From the human T2T-CHM13v2.0 reference genome, Homo sapiens, in NCBI RefSeq assembly GCF_009914755.1, contig NC_060930.1: DNA of 64,000 nucleotides; one strand, 5' to 3'. The notes under the pieces were generated by a model. It was not told the DNA's origin. It saw only the letters and a program-made list of their open reading frames with translations, and ran no database searches. Position numbers and translations under genes: made by a program. Shown here piece by piece: positions 26,626 to 41,576 of this stretch (positions are counted from its first letter, which is position 1; every line of letters starts with the position of its first letter).

Positions 26626-26935
26626 AGAGAGAGAGATTTATTGAAAAGAATTGATTTATGTGATTATGGAGGCTGGCTGGGCAAGTCCAAAATCTTTAGG
26701 GCAATCTGCAAGCTGGGAATTCCTTGGAGGAAACTTAAGCTGCATGTTTTCTTCATCAGGGAAAGCACTCATCTGTTCTTTTGATGATTGAGTCAAACCC
26801 ACCCAGATTATTGATGATAATCTCCTTTACTTAAATCAACTGATTATAGATGTTACATATATCTACAAAATTCCTTTACCACACCACCTAGATTAATGTT
26901 TGATTGAACAACTGGGGCCTATGGCCTAACTAAAC
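26455..26935 (-). mobile_element. MLT2 5' LTR of the same provirus
   Basis: Same-orientation homolog of 21312-21715; PBS-like tract adjacent at ~26435-26454. Confidence 0.9.
26587..26636 (+). repeat. (TG)19(GA)6 microsatellite within the LTR
   Basis: Direct reading. Confidence 0.97.
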
Positions 26936-27911
26936 AGTAGTTTAACTTTGCTCTGGATGACTCAGAGTCATCCCACATGTAGGCAGATGTAGGTGCTGTG
27001 TCCACAAAGATTGAAGCTAATTATCCGCACAGGCTCTAGAACTTGGTTTCTTGAAGAAGTTGTAGGTAATAATCTCTTTTTCTTTAAAACATAGAATGAA
27101 ATATTGCGGCCACAAAATGCTCCTTGGTAGCATGATTTGGCTCTTCCCCCGGTTCCCCATCCCCCACTAAGATTTAATTGAGGTGGTCTTTTCTCAACAG
27201 ATTTTTGTTCATTCTTCAGAAAATTGCCTGTGGTCTATTGTTATTAACCTCTTTGAATTGACACATCCATAACAGAGTGGGGTCATCCTGATCTTTGGGT
27301 CCAGGACCCTTTTCAATTGTACTCATGTATTGCTGCCTGTGCAGGGGCTAATTCTGCTAATAGGTTTGGAGTTTGGTTTTGTTTGGCTAGTCAGGAAGAA
27401 TTCTAGGATTGGAAAGTTCCAGAAAACTGGTCCCTGGATAGCTGAGCTTTCTCAGTCTATTACTTAAAATGTTTAAAATGTACTAAAAAGAAAATAATGA
27501 GGTTGATACATGACTAGAGTGATCTCTTGGCTGAGTGAAAGGAGCACATTCCTGGGTGAACATTTGATTAGTCATCATCAAGCAAGGTGAAAGGGCTTCC
27601 TGGATTGTTTTTCCAGGTGACTAGCATCTCCACCCAAGCTCTTGTGATTTGCTTATGTGGAATAATGGTGTGTGTTGGGCTGTTCTCCTCTCTTGCATGT
27701 GTTCTGGCGACCAAGAGGAAAGACATAAATTGCTCTGACAGGATTGCAGGTGCCAATCTACAGCTGTGAGAGAGATTTTTATGAAGAACCTCTAGAGCAG
27801 GTTTTCTGATGTTTTATCATTCAAACCTGGTGGGGCGGGGATGAGGTGGGGGGAATTTGACTCCGAAACATGTACTTTATTCTCTCTATTAAACTCAATG
27901 CATTTTCTTTA

Positions 27912-28307
<396 letters not shown>

Positions 28308-29256
28308 TCACTGGCTGCCTTTCCCCGTCTCCAATTATGGTCAGCAAGATATGCACCTCTATTTTATTTTAGGCCAGATAATGTTAGTGCTTGAAGCCAA
28401 CCTGATAGTTTCCATTGCCTCGTCTAGTCTTTCTTAAGCCCTATCTTTATGTTCTGCTCTGTCAATAAGATGAAGTGTGAAGAATTTAGGGTTTGGAGTC
28501 AGACCAGGGTTTGGATTCTTCTTAGGAGGTTAGCTGATTTCCTCATAAAGACAATGTAGATAATTCAGAGCATTCTGTTGGAATAAGATCATGTTTGTGT
28601 AAAGTGCATAGTACAGGATAGATGCAAAGTGTATTTTCCTTGCTGCCAACCCTCCATTTCCTGAACACAAAAATATGGGAACAAATAGGATTTTGAGTGG
28701 AGATGAGAGTTGTCCTTCCTGCCATTTCTTCCAGTCCTTTAACTGTGACTCCATATCTTACATGCTAAAGGTAAACTCACACAAGTTGCTATTTACCTCT
28801 AGAATATTGTTTGTATTAATAATGGGCATTTATTGAAGGTCTGCTATGTACAGGGTTCTTAACCAAGGCTAAGTAGGACCATAAATATCGGTCAATATTA
28901 TTATGCGATTGCAGATTTTAAGAATGTAAACCTACATTTTGGTGTTCTATCCTCAACTTTCAAAAACAGAGGTAAGCCTTATTCCCAGTCATCAGTTGTT
29001 ATATTTTTCTGTACTGATTTACTCATAACCTGTCTGAATATATTACACTAGATTTCTATTTTTTTAACTTCATACTATTTCACAATTTTAGTGTTAGAAA
29101 GAGGAATGTATCTTAATACTTCAGATTTTTTTCTTGTAGGAGAAAAATATGACTCATGTTAGGTCACTTTTTGGTTCATTCTCCTAATATAATTAGAAAC
29201 TTAAATTACTTTTGGCCTTCATGTTTTCTCTCCTGCATTTCAGTTAATATTCAGAG

Positions 29257-29409
29257 ATTTTTTGTTTGTTTGTTCATTTGTTTTTGAGACAGAATTTAAC
29301 TCTTTTGCCCAGGCTTTGCCCAGGCTGGAGTGAAGTGGCATGATCTCAGCCCATTGCAACCTCCACCCCCAGGGTTCAAAAGATTCTCCTGCCACAGCCT
29401 CCCAAGTAG
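29257..29409 (-). mobile_element. Truncated Alu right arm
   Basis: (TTTG)n tail, gagacag...cagcctcccaagtag; tttgcccaggc duplicated in tandem. Confidence 0.9.
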
Positions 29410-29543
29410 ATTAGATCCAGGGACTTTTAATTCCTATGTATAAGTACCATATAGTCTGCTTATCATTATAAAAATTCATTGTTTCAATAAAAACATATTG
29501 AGGGCCTAAAAATGTGGCACAAAAAATGGAAATGGTACCTGAC

Positions 29544-29921
29544 TGCTAGAGACAGAATATTTGTGTTCTCCTCTCCACCTAAAAATGTTTATATGTTGAA
29601 ATCATAAATACCAAGGTGATGGTTTTAGGAGGTGTGGAACCTTTGTTAGGTGACTAGGCCATGCAAGTGGAGCCCTCATGAATGGAATTAGTGCCTTTTG
29701 AAAAGAGATCCAGGAGAACTCCCTCTCTTTTCCTCATGTGAGGATACAGCAAGAATGTAGCCATTTATGAACCAGAAAGCAGGCCCTCACCAGAGACTGA
29801 ATCTGCTGGTGCCTCCATCTTGGACTTCTCAGCCTCCAGAACTGTGAGAAATAAATTTTTGTTGTTTATAAGCTGCCCACTCTATGGGATTCTGTTGTAG
29901 CAGCCCAGACAGATGAAGACA
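29544..29921 (+). mobile_element. MLT1A/MLT1A0 MaLR solo LTR inserted in an L2
   Basis: tgct...gccctcatgaatggaattagtgcc...cagcctccagaactgtgagaaataaa...aagaca; TSD ctgac/ctgcc; L2 sequence on both flanks. Confidence 0.9.
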
Positions 29922-31314
29922 CTGCCTTCATGGAGGTAACAGTCTAGTAGAGAAGACAGACATAAATAAATAAAAGTACACATATATAGAATTATGGGAA
30001 AAATATATATTTCTAAAGAGAATAACCTTAATATTGATAATGCTCATAAAAACAACTTACTTTTTAAAAAATTGGATAGCCTTTATAAGGCTCTCTAATT
30101 ATTGACTATTATACTAGCCTATATAAGGAAAAAAAGTCATTTTAGGTTTATTCTTCTATGTATAAAATACTGAGAAAGAAGTAGCTATTTATGTTCTGTC
30201 CAGCTCTAGAGCTTTGAAACAAAAACTTAAAAAGGTGCTTGAAATTGTAAAAATTGAGCTCAACGGTAACCATATTATATTTTTGTATTTTTTTCTCCCC
30301 TTGATAATAATTTATCTTTTATGGTATTGTGAGTTTTGTTTGTCTGGGTGTGATATAATATTCTTAAGAGATTCTTTTTCTTTCTTTCTAGGAAATCTTC
30401 AGGCTTAGCACTTACAAATATTTATATATAAAAACAATTGACTATGCAACTATTGTATGCACCAGTATAATCTGACCAGATGACTTTTTGTCTCCATTAA
30501 ATAAAAGATCTGATAAGTCTGTTACATAAAAGAATAGTGTGTTGTAGACATATCGTGAAAGTTCAAATCCTCTTTCAGAGAATAGTAACAATTCTATAAA
30601 TCTCATTTTTTATTTTAGGTAAACTGCACACTAAGACTTTAAGCATATTGCTATACAGTTGAAAAGAATCAGTTCACGGAGAATTAAATAAAATTTTTTA
30701 CTTAAGTATATTTTAAATATAGTATTTGAATTTGAGAGAAATTAAAATTTGCCTATTGTGCTAAGAAATTGTTCCCATAACATCAAGCAAAGCTTTTTAG
30801 CCAAACTGATGTATCACTACTGAGATTTGTCCCCATTCATGCCACATATCTGGCTGTCACTGCCCCTGACCCACAGTGAGGCAGGGCCATGGAGTTGCAG
30901 CTTTAGCTCTTCAGCCAGAAACCCAGGCGGGAGAAGTGAGGGGGCAAGAAAGTTGATGGGGGTGTCAGGTGTCCAGGGAGTGGAACATGAGAGAAACAAG
31001 GGAATTCTGAAATTATGGATGTAGTACTGAGGATGTCAAAGCAGAACTGGCTTATGGATAAAAGCCAGTAAAGGCAAGACCACCAATGATCCATATGTTT
31101 GCTCTATGCACACTAGCTATATTTGCCACGTACATCTCCAGGTTGTTCACCTCCTCAAAGAGGCTGTCTCTGTCTCCTCATCTAATTTAAATACTCCTTA
31201 AGTTCTCATTATTATCTAATGACTTATTTTTCCCTTTCAGAATTGTAAATTGTAAATTATATATTTGATTACTTATATATGTTCTATATTCTCTTTTAGT
31301 CTTCAATTAAAATA

Positions 31315-31440
31315 AATTTTATTGTGCATATTTGAGGTTTATAACATGATGCTATGGAATATATACAGATAGTAAAATAGTTAAAGTAGTGAAGCAGATT
31401 AACATATCTGTCATCTCACGTAGCTACTTCTTATTTTGTC
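31315..31440 (-). mobile_element. L1MA 3'-end fragment within an L2 3' end (~31110-31506)
   Basis: ttattgtgcatatttgaggtttataacatgatg...gtgaagcagattaacatatc; L2 tail gttcaataaacatttgtt...gaatgaatga. Confidence 0.75.
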
Positions 31441-33109
31441 TTTAAGGCTTTTTTACACCAACTATCTTCCAGTTGTTCAATAAACATTTGTTAAACGAAT
31501 GAATGATGACCAAAGCTTTCAACCGGTTGCTGTTGGTGTTTCCCTTTATCCAATAGGACTTGAGTCTAAAATTGCTACTCATGGCTACATATTCATTAGG
31601 GGCACACATGAACATCACCAAAATGCTTGGAAATGTGCACATTTTTTCAAAGTGGTTATTCCGTTGGCTTGCAATAGATGTTAGTGATCACCTACCCCCA
31701 AAATGCAGCTATTTATCCGAACATAATATCACAATTATGTTAGTGTAATAAATTGTTTTTTATTGGTGTCAATGATAGATGTAGATGATATTTTGGAGCT
31801 AACTTGGCTTTCATTTTTAGTGAAGTATGTAGAATTTCATACTGAGGGGAATTTATGAGTGAATGATTGCAGAAGTATTGGGATTGTCTCTAGTTTTGGG
31901 CATATCTGCAATGCTACTTCCTTTTTCATCATGGTTTAGCAGGAATTGCTTGGAATCTTTCTTACATTGATATTTCCAGAAAACTCTGTTGATATTTGTT
32001 GCTCTTTTTTTAGCTGTATGTTTCTAATCTTTGAAAGATATGGAAGCAATCCAATTTAAACACTGGCTTTCAGCCACATCTCAATATACTCATAAAACCA
32101 ATAAAAATTCTTTCAGTCCAGCTTCACAGATACAGGAATCATGCAGCTCTTTCTTGAGCCATTAAGGGACATAACTAAAGATAAGGGTTTTGTCATATAT
32201 CAGATATGTGTGGTGTGTACGCTAGCCTTAAAGATAAACTCACAAATTCTAATTTTCTGCTATTGTCCTGAATCACTGGATTAAGCTCTTTATATCATGT
32301 TGATTAAGATATACACTAAAATTAAATTTACTAATCTTTTATGCAAATTCAAAGAAAAAGCTTCCTGAAACCTTAGCTTATTAATTTAAAATAATTTAAA
32401 ATATTATGTACTTTTAATCTGGGAGTCTAAAATATTTTTGTAATAGATTGGTTTTGTGCTGGTTCTGGAATAATTAATTGAAAATATTAGACATAACTTA
32501 TATTTGCAGAACTAGTTTGGGCCAAGTCATGTATATTATTCCTTGACAACATCAGGCACACATGACCACTAAATTAGTTACTGTATAATTATAATAATTA
32601 AATGATTTTTACTAAGTGATGAATCAGATTTGATTTACAAATTCATAAAAGTAATGATACAATTATTGGCTACATCTTACTCTACCACAGAGTAGGAAAT
32701 GTATTGGCTTAGTTTGCTGAGTGCTTTAAGATTATAATTTAAATACTGTCCCTTGAGATGTTAATAAATCCAATTCCTTGATATTTCACTTTCACTAATT
32801 GCCTTCATTCATTTATACTCTTATTTTTTGTATTCTAAAGCTTGAAATTGTTGTTTTCATAATGATGTGATGCACAGATCACTATGGAAGTGTAACATAA
32901 ACTTGGAGTTCAAGCTTGATTTTTCCTTATTAGTGGGGACCCTCTCTGGGCAGAGGTCTTTCTGAATTAAGGCCAGGGGAAAGCCTTGTTTGTTGGCAAA
33001 AGCAGACCTATCTCAGGACCACTACTGGCTGCAACATCCTCTTACCTTAAATCTGAACTAGGAATCACTGAAGATAAGGGATCTTGGTAATGTTAAATGT
33101 TTATGTTAA

Positions 33110-33245
33110 CAGTAGCATTTATTCATTTGTTAAGCATTCATTTGACAAATTTTTTATTGAGTACCTACTTACCATCTGCCAGGCACTCCTCTAGATACTG
33201 GGAATATAGGGTTGAACAAAAAAGAATCATAGCCTAATGGAACAC
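33110..33245 (-). mobile_element. L2 3' end
   Basis: cattcatttgacaaattttttattgagtacctact...gccaggcact. Confidence 0.75.
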
Positions 33246-33924
33246 CCATTTTTAAAATAATATTAAACAGTAAGCTTGAATTATATAATATTATTAATCA
33301 AAGCAACTTTTCATAAGGAATGAAAACTACACTTTACCAAATAGAAGTCATATGAACTTTTAAAATGAATAGACATTTCTATTTGCATATTTTTACATGG
33401 AAATGAATGCTTCTAAACACTTTAAAATAATTTGTTTCCTGACAAAGTTTAAAGATCTCTAGCTCTCATTAGAATTTCATTTAGTCTGTAATTGACTTAG
33501 CAAGTTAATGAGGCTTTATATACATATAAAATAAACTTGAATGTATTTTTAAATGTCTACATATAGAGTTCTACGTACATGTGGATACTCTTTAGAAAGA
33601 TATTTTCAAAATTGTTGACATCTGAAAGATTCATTCCTTACTGTGCTGTTTCCCTCAGAGATTATGCAAAATTTAATTGTGCTTTTAAAGACATTGTGCA
33701 TAATCGATCTATGGATAAATCAAACTGAATATGAAATCATTTTGTAAGACCATTTGGTTCTTATATGATCTAGTTATAGGTACTTGATTGTTTTCCCCAC
33801 AAAAGTACTGAGTAAACTTAACTTAGTGAAAGGAATATGATTTTCCTTTCAAACAGTGAAACGGCAAGAGTGAAACATGGTGAGAGTTCCACTGTTTGAA
33901 AGGAAAGACATCTTCTTAACTAGT

Positions 33925-33978
33925 ATTTATTTTTATTTTTAACTATTATTTTAATTTCAGGGGTACAAGTGCAGGTTG
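33925..33978 (-). mobile_element. Very short L1PA/PB 3'-end insertion
   Basis: ttattttaatttcaggggtacaagtgcaggtt after a T-rich tail. Confidence 0.6.
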
Positions 33979-35494
33979 AAACTGTAATTTAATAACTCTC
34001 AGTCTTGAGCTATTTTTCGGTAAAGTTGCCTATGTGTATCACTAGCATTGATTTAATGAAGTAGTGAGAGGAGAATCTGTAAATGCAGAAGTGAAGTAAT
34101 TGAAAATCTATTAGCTGAGAGGTTCCTGCTCATGCTATATTTAGAGAACACAATTAAAAGAAAAAAATGGAAAAAAAACAAGGAACTTTTATGTGAAAAG
34201 ACACAGAGAATGACAGTGCACAATAGAAAGAGCTGCATTAAATAAAAATAAAAATGGAAACATTTATCCAGTGCAGCATGATATTAAAATATTCTGAAAG
34301 AGCACGAAAATTAATTATCTACTTTAGTTTTCCTTTACAAATGAGTTAGAAATGTCAAACAAATTTCTGGATAAATGAGAAGGCTAAGCACTGAATCATT
34401 TGCAGGTGTTTTCTGAACACAGCAGAGCCTGGTGGATTCTGACATACATGAGAAAAGCCCCCACCAATTAAGGTGGGTTTCTCATAGTCATATGCACTTC
34501 CACTATTGTGGACAATATGGTCAAGAGTAAAGAAGCCCATGTTGCCCTTTACTTTGAAAGACAAGATGATATGTTGGAAGAAACACTAGGCTGAATCCAG
34601 AGACCTAATTACACTTTCACTCTTCATCTCAGCAACTCAGAGACCAAGGCATGTAGGATTTCAGCTATGGAACTAGAGGACTGAGATGAAAGAGTTAAAC
34701 GTATTCTCCTCTAAGGTCCCTTCCAAACTGATCATGCTGTAGCCTTGGGATATGTTGTTCTCTTACAGACTAAACCACAGATACGGTCACGTTCTCCATG
34801 CTTGGATCTCAGGGCTGAGAAGGCTTTGTATATGTTTACAATTGTAATCACTGGAAAGTTTACAGGGCATGGATATCTTGGAATTAAATAAGCACATGGC
34901 TACTTACACTAAAAAGTTTCTGTTTCATTAAGTACAAATTTTTGATTAGAATACAAGGAGGTAGTTCCCCCCACCTTTGCAATTCTATAGCCTAAAGGAT
35001 TAAGCTAAAATGATCATGTTTATTATTAAGCAACCAAAGGAAAATGTTCCCATATGGAAATGTGTGATTTCTTCAAGATAACATACTTGCAACAGGATTG
35101 TAAATGAGAGAGAAAACCCACTGATTGATATATCTCTGCAATAAATATTACCATTCATCTCAAGACCCACTCATTTAATAAACCTTTTATGTATAAGACA
35201 CTTACATTTATAGATTAAATATTTATACTTAGACTTTTTTAGTGTTTTAGAAGAATAATCCAAAGGTAGAAAATATACATGATTTGTTAAATATAACAAG
35301 CTGGCATCCTAGTTCTACATTTGAAAAAATAAAATAACCTCAATTTGGGATCTGTAATCAATGTGTTCATCAAAATGCTACAAGAATAAATTATATGGAT
35401 AAAGATGATTGGCATATCGCACACCGTAATCCTCCCTCAGAGATTCACACCCAGCACTAACATCCTCTGAGTCAATTTATTTAACTTAAAAAAA

Positions 35495-36923
<1,429 letters not shown>

Positions 36924-37034
36924 TGATTTAAAAACATAAAGATGAGGCATGGAGTAATATCTTTTCCATGAGTGAGGTTGCAACTTAAGCTAACACTGAA
37001 TTTAGTAATAACATTTCTAACAACTACTGAAAGC

Positions 37035-37190
37035 TTCCCTTATGAGGTTGGTAAAATTATTACTGTCACTTTACTAATGAGTAAACTGAAGTTTAGAGAG
37101 GGTATATAACTTGTCCAAAGACACAGAGCTAGTCAGTAGCGGAGCTAGCAAGACTCAGGGGTGTCTGATTCTAGCTGCTGTTTGTCTGCC
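37035..37190 (-). mobile_element. MIR
   Basis: ccttatgaggttggta...atgagtaaactgaagtttagagagg...aacttgtccaaagacacagagctag. Confidence 0.8.
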
Positions 37191-37721
37191 TTCCAAGAGA
37201 GAAGCTTGAGCAATAAATTATGTAGGTTTAGTTTAGTGGCTCAATTCCTTAGGTCTATTTCTGTTGTTTCCCTTATCCTGATTGTATTATTTCTTCTTCG
37301 TTTCCTTGCTTTGAAAAACTTCATGGAAATTGGACTCTGGTGATTCTGTTACATCTCTGTTCTTTTCAGTGTGTTGAAACTTCTGGGCATGGGTAGTTGT
37401 GGTGATAGCTTGATATCTGTTAATACCCACAGATCATGAGATGACACCTAAAAGCACTAGAAACACAAGCTATTCTAGAATACCTGGCTCATTTCAAACC
37501 ATTTTAATGTATTCTTTAATCTAAGATCTATTAGTCTGATCCTGGTTTTGCTTATCTTAGGAATTGGCTACACATTTAGGGATGCTCTAATTTAAAAAAG
37601 ATGAATCCGAGAAAATGTAACCTGAAAGAAGAGCCTGTTAAATTACTATGTTTCCTGGATTAACATAGTTTATACCTGTGCCCTCCAGGAGCTGCTAAGA
37701 GTCTACCATCATCCCTACGTG

Positions 37722-38157
37722 GATGTCCCAAAATGGCTGCCACAAGAAAGTACCACAAACTGGGCGGCTTAAAACAAAGGAAATTTATTTGCTCATAGTT
37801 CTGGAGGCCAGAAGCCTAAACTCAAAGTGTTGCCAGGGCCATGCTCCCTCTGATGCCTAGAGGGGAGGATCCTTCTTGCCTCTTTCAGTTCTGGTAGCTC
37901 CAGGTATCCCTCAGCTGGTAGATGTGTCCCTCCTATTTCTTCACAGGACATTCTCTGTGTGTCTGTCTTTACGTTGTCTTCCCTCCTTTTATAAGGACAC
38001 CAGTCATATTGGATCAAGGGACTGCCCTACTCCAGTGTGACCTCATCTTAACTTGGTTACATTTGCCAAGACCTTATTTCCAAATAACATCATATTCACA
38101 TGTACTGGGGGTTAGGAGTTTAATATATTTTCGGGGGAAACGATGCAACCCATAACA
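37722..38157 (-). mobile_element. MLT1B/C MaLR solo LTR
   Basis: gtaccacaaactgggcggcttaaaac...agttctggaggccagaag...ataaggacaccagtcatattggat...caacccataaca. Confidence 0.9.
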
Positions 38158-38525
38158 CCATATCTGTATTTGTTTTGGGGCTGAAGTGTGATTGTTTCAG
38201 ACCAATGCCTCAGAGAAATATGGAGGTGGGTGGAATCATTCTACTGAAAATTAGTATTTTAGCATTTAGAACATATGTTCTTTGTACCACTTCCTTCAAA
38301 AAATTTATTTACATATTCATGAGGATGTGGATATTCTCATATTGAAGGTCTCTACAAGATGATGTTATGTCAACTAGTGCAGTATGATATGACAACAGTA
38401 ATACTGCAATGTGGTGAAAGTACCAACAACTGACAAAATCCACAGACTAGCTGCAACAGTCAGAGATTGATTGATGTTTGAAGCCCAGCTTTCAGCAGCA
38501 GCTGCTTCATTGAGAATTGGTTTTA

Positions 38526-38536
38526 GTGACTCAGCA
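38526..38536 (+). promoter_or_regulatory. Candidate ARE/MARE (NRF2-sMAF, BACH1, AP-1) site
   Basis: GTGACTCAGCA, exact RTGACnnnGCA with embedded TGACTCA; motif match only. Confidence 0.4.
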
Positions 38537-38707
38537 CTGCAGCTGCCATTTTTCTCTGAGCCAGACAAATCCTGACATGGACAATGTACTGTTATAGGAA
38601 GTATAAATTCAGCTAGTTATGAATGTCATTGGCCTAAACATGAGACTTCTAGTCATTCTCAGATTAAAGGAAGGAGATAATTTTGACACTTAATGTAAAT
38701 ATTAAAT

Positions 38708-38990
38708 TTACTTATTTATTTATTTTAGAGACGGGTTTTTCTCTATCACCAGGCTGGAGAGAAGTGATGCGTGATCATAGCTCACTGTAACCTCAAACTC
38801 CTGGGCTCAAGCAATGCTTCTGCTTCATCCTCCCAAGTAGCTGGGACTACAGGTGTGTGCCACCATGTCCAGCTAATTTTTCTATTTTTTGTAGAGGTAA
38901 AGTCTCACTATGTTGCAGGATGGACTCAAGCAATCCTCCTACCTCAGCCTCCCAAGTGCTGGGATTACGGATATGAGCCACTGTTCCTGG
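38708..38990 (-). mobile_element. AluJ
   Basis: gatcatagctcactgtaacctcaaactcctgggctcaagc. Confidence 0.93.
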
Positions 38991-40129
38991 TGTGACATTA
39001 AATATATTTTTGTCAATTTTTTTTGTTGTTGTTTATTTTTGTTTTGTTTATAGCCTTCTTGCCTTTAAATTTAATTTAATGTAATGCCTTAAAGTGAAGC
39101 ATATCTAAATAATTCATCTTCTAAAGGCAAATATATAATTGTAATGTTTAGAATTTAGAATGCCTAGTAAACGCCCCTTTAGGGAAAAATAAACCTTTGT
39201 AAAAAGAATATTAATACATTTTAAAATTCAAATTTGGACTTTAGTGACATCAACAGTGTTTACATTTAGCTATTAGTCTTCCTTGGACTAGAGTGAATGG
39301 CAGCCATGAAGTATACAGCCTGTACAGCCTAATACAGTGAACTTATATAAATGCTTCTCCAGTTCTAGAAAGATCATGAATTAGTAAAATTAAGCTTGTT
39401 TTTGTTCTTGTTGACTCATATACCTGGGTTAAAAAAAGTTTCAAAATGACAGCAATGACAAAAAAAATAAGGTTAGGCTGCATTGCTTAGTAAAGATAAG
39501 TAGGAAAACCAGAAGTGAACATTTCAACCTTTGTCTATTGTTGAGCAAAATACGAAACCTTAATTTGGCCAGTTTATTTTGAGAGATTGTTCTTGCAGAT
39601 AATGCTTAAGAGTCACTCTTCAAAGGGCCCTTTAAAATGGATTTATTGCAAAATTTTATTTCAAATTATTTTCTTAGTCTAAAATTCAAAACTAACAATC
39701 TGCATCTTATTTAGATAAAAGCATCTAAATCTGCAGCATGTTAAATAGTTAGCAAAGAAATATTCTTCTGAATAAGATCCTTCTAATGCATTTCTCTGCT
39801 GTGTGTGCTTTTTCTAGGATATAGAAGAATGAAATAGCAATGACAATGTTAGGACAAAGTAGACTCGGGAGAGAGACCTTCAGCTCAAAAAATAATGAGA
39901 TCAAAATCACACAGGAATTCACACAGTGTTAGTTTTGAAAGGAAACAGACGTTAGGGAAAGGAAAAAAGAAAGTTGGTTGTAAAGTCAGTTTTTAATGAA
40001 AAAAAAACTGAAAATGCATTTGAACTTTTCATAGATATTTTCTGGTCCTATGCATATAACTGGTTATTTAGAGGTAATTGTTTTTTGATGAAGCTGAGTT
40101 TATCCTCCACCCCCTAACCTGACACCTCA

Positions 40130-40430
40130 GTAAAGGAATGGCCTGTGACCTTGTGCTAGTCTTTTAACCTTCTAAAGCACAGTTTTTCCTTCGGTATAAA
40201 GAATAGTCATAATAGCAACTTCTGTTTATTAAGCACTTACTATGTGTTAGGAATTACACTAAGTACTTTTCGGACATTGTCTCATTTAATCTTCACAACA
40301 TCCTGTGAAGTGGAAGTTTTATTTCCACAGTACAAATAAGGAAATGTGAGCCGAGTTTCCCCAAGTCATATAGCTATTATGTTCTAGAGCCAGTCTGTCT
40401 CCAAAGCTCGTGTGCATAGCATTATACTGT
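40130..40430. mobile_element. Two MIRs in opposite orientation (+ ~40130-40220, - ~40225-40430)
   Basis: ctgtgaccttg...cagtttttccttc; ttattaagcacttactatgtg...ctcatttaatcttcacaac. Confidence 0.75.
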
Positions 40431-40757
40431 CTTTAATGTTAGTCTTTTCCAGCCTTAGCCTTCCATGACCAAACCTTTATGACCATCTGACTTCCTTTGC
40501 CCAGTGCACTCACCATCGACACTGCCTCTCAGCCAGATTCAAACAGGTTAACCTTGCAAAAGCCCTTAAATTTCCAACAGGTTACCTATGCAGAAGAAGA
40601 AACTGAAGTTCAAAGGGCTTATTGCTTTGTAAGGGCTCATTTAGCTAACCAAAATCATGTCCATTTAATAGCAGTATCTTGACTGACTCAAAAGGGCACA
40701 AAAATATAATATCTACTTCAAAAACATTTTTTTAAAACTGGGGATATGTGCTAGTTG

Positions 40758-40793
40758 TGTTTTGTTTTTGTTTTTGTTTTTGTTTTTGTTTTA
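40758..40793 (+). repeat. (TTTTTG)n simple repeat
   Basis: Direct reading. Confidence 0.9.
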
Positions 40794-41576
40794 CTTCTCT
40801 TCCACCTCTAGGAGTCTATCAAGTCACTTTCTGGTGGATACGCAATATGACAACACATCTCTTAGTAGTCTTGAGCTGCCCTCATGGGCGCATTTCTGTG
40901 TGCTTTTTGAAACAGACCAGACTCCTTTGAGCAGGTTACTGATCTTATCAAGGTAGGGAGTGAACATCTGGTATTAATCTATAATGCTAAGAGGGTATCT
41001 TATAGAAACCATTTTGAAAAAATATGGGATATATCAAAAGTGACCTCTAAAGTATAATTCATCAACTTTACTTTCAGACAAAGTCTGAAAAGTATATTTC
41101 TTTTTGTTGCTCCTGTGAATCGACTTAGTCAACCACTACTACTAGTATTAAGTCCATATGGCGGACAGACCTGGATTCATGACTTGACCTTGCTTGGCAC
41201 TGGTTCGATTATAACCTCAAGCTTCCTTAGGCATCCAATGGTACTAATATTTTTTTTTTTGATGGCTTTTGAAAGGATTCAGTGAGAGAATGTTTAATGC
41301 ATCTAGAAAGTCATGGGCACTCCACAATTGTTTGCTCCCTTTCCTCCCAGTGAGTTGGTATGTTCCTTTTTATATTTAACATAGTTTTCATTGGCCTTCT
41401 TCTGTGAGCACAAATGTTTATAGATGCCAGATGGAAATAATGCGTCTATGTATGTAACAATACTGGGGTTAGACTTAACTTTTTTCAATTTATTTTATAA
41501 TTAACATCAAAATTAACTGTGATGCCTAACAATTTCCTCTTTAACCTCAGATATACCTATTAAAATGTTGTAAGTC

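Noticed and set aside
30392-30630. Strong pyrimidine-tract acceptors at 30391 and 30619 (the latter AG|GT, recursive-site-like)
   Set aside because: No convincing paired donor for the first; GTAAAC after the second is a poor donor.
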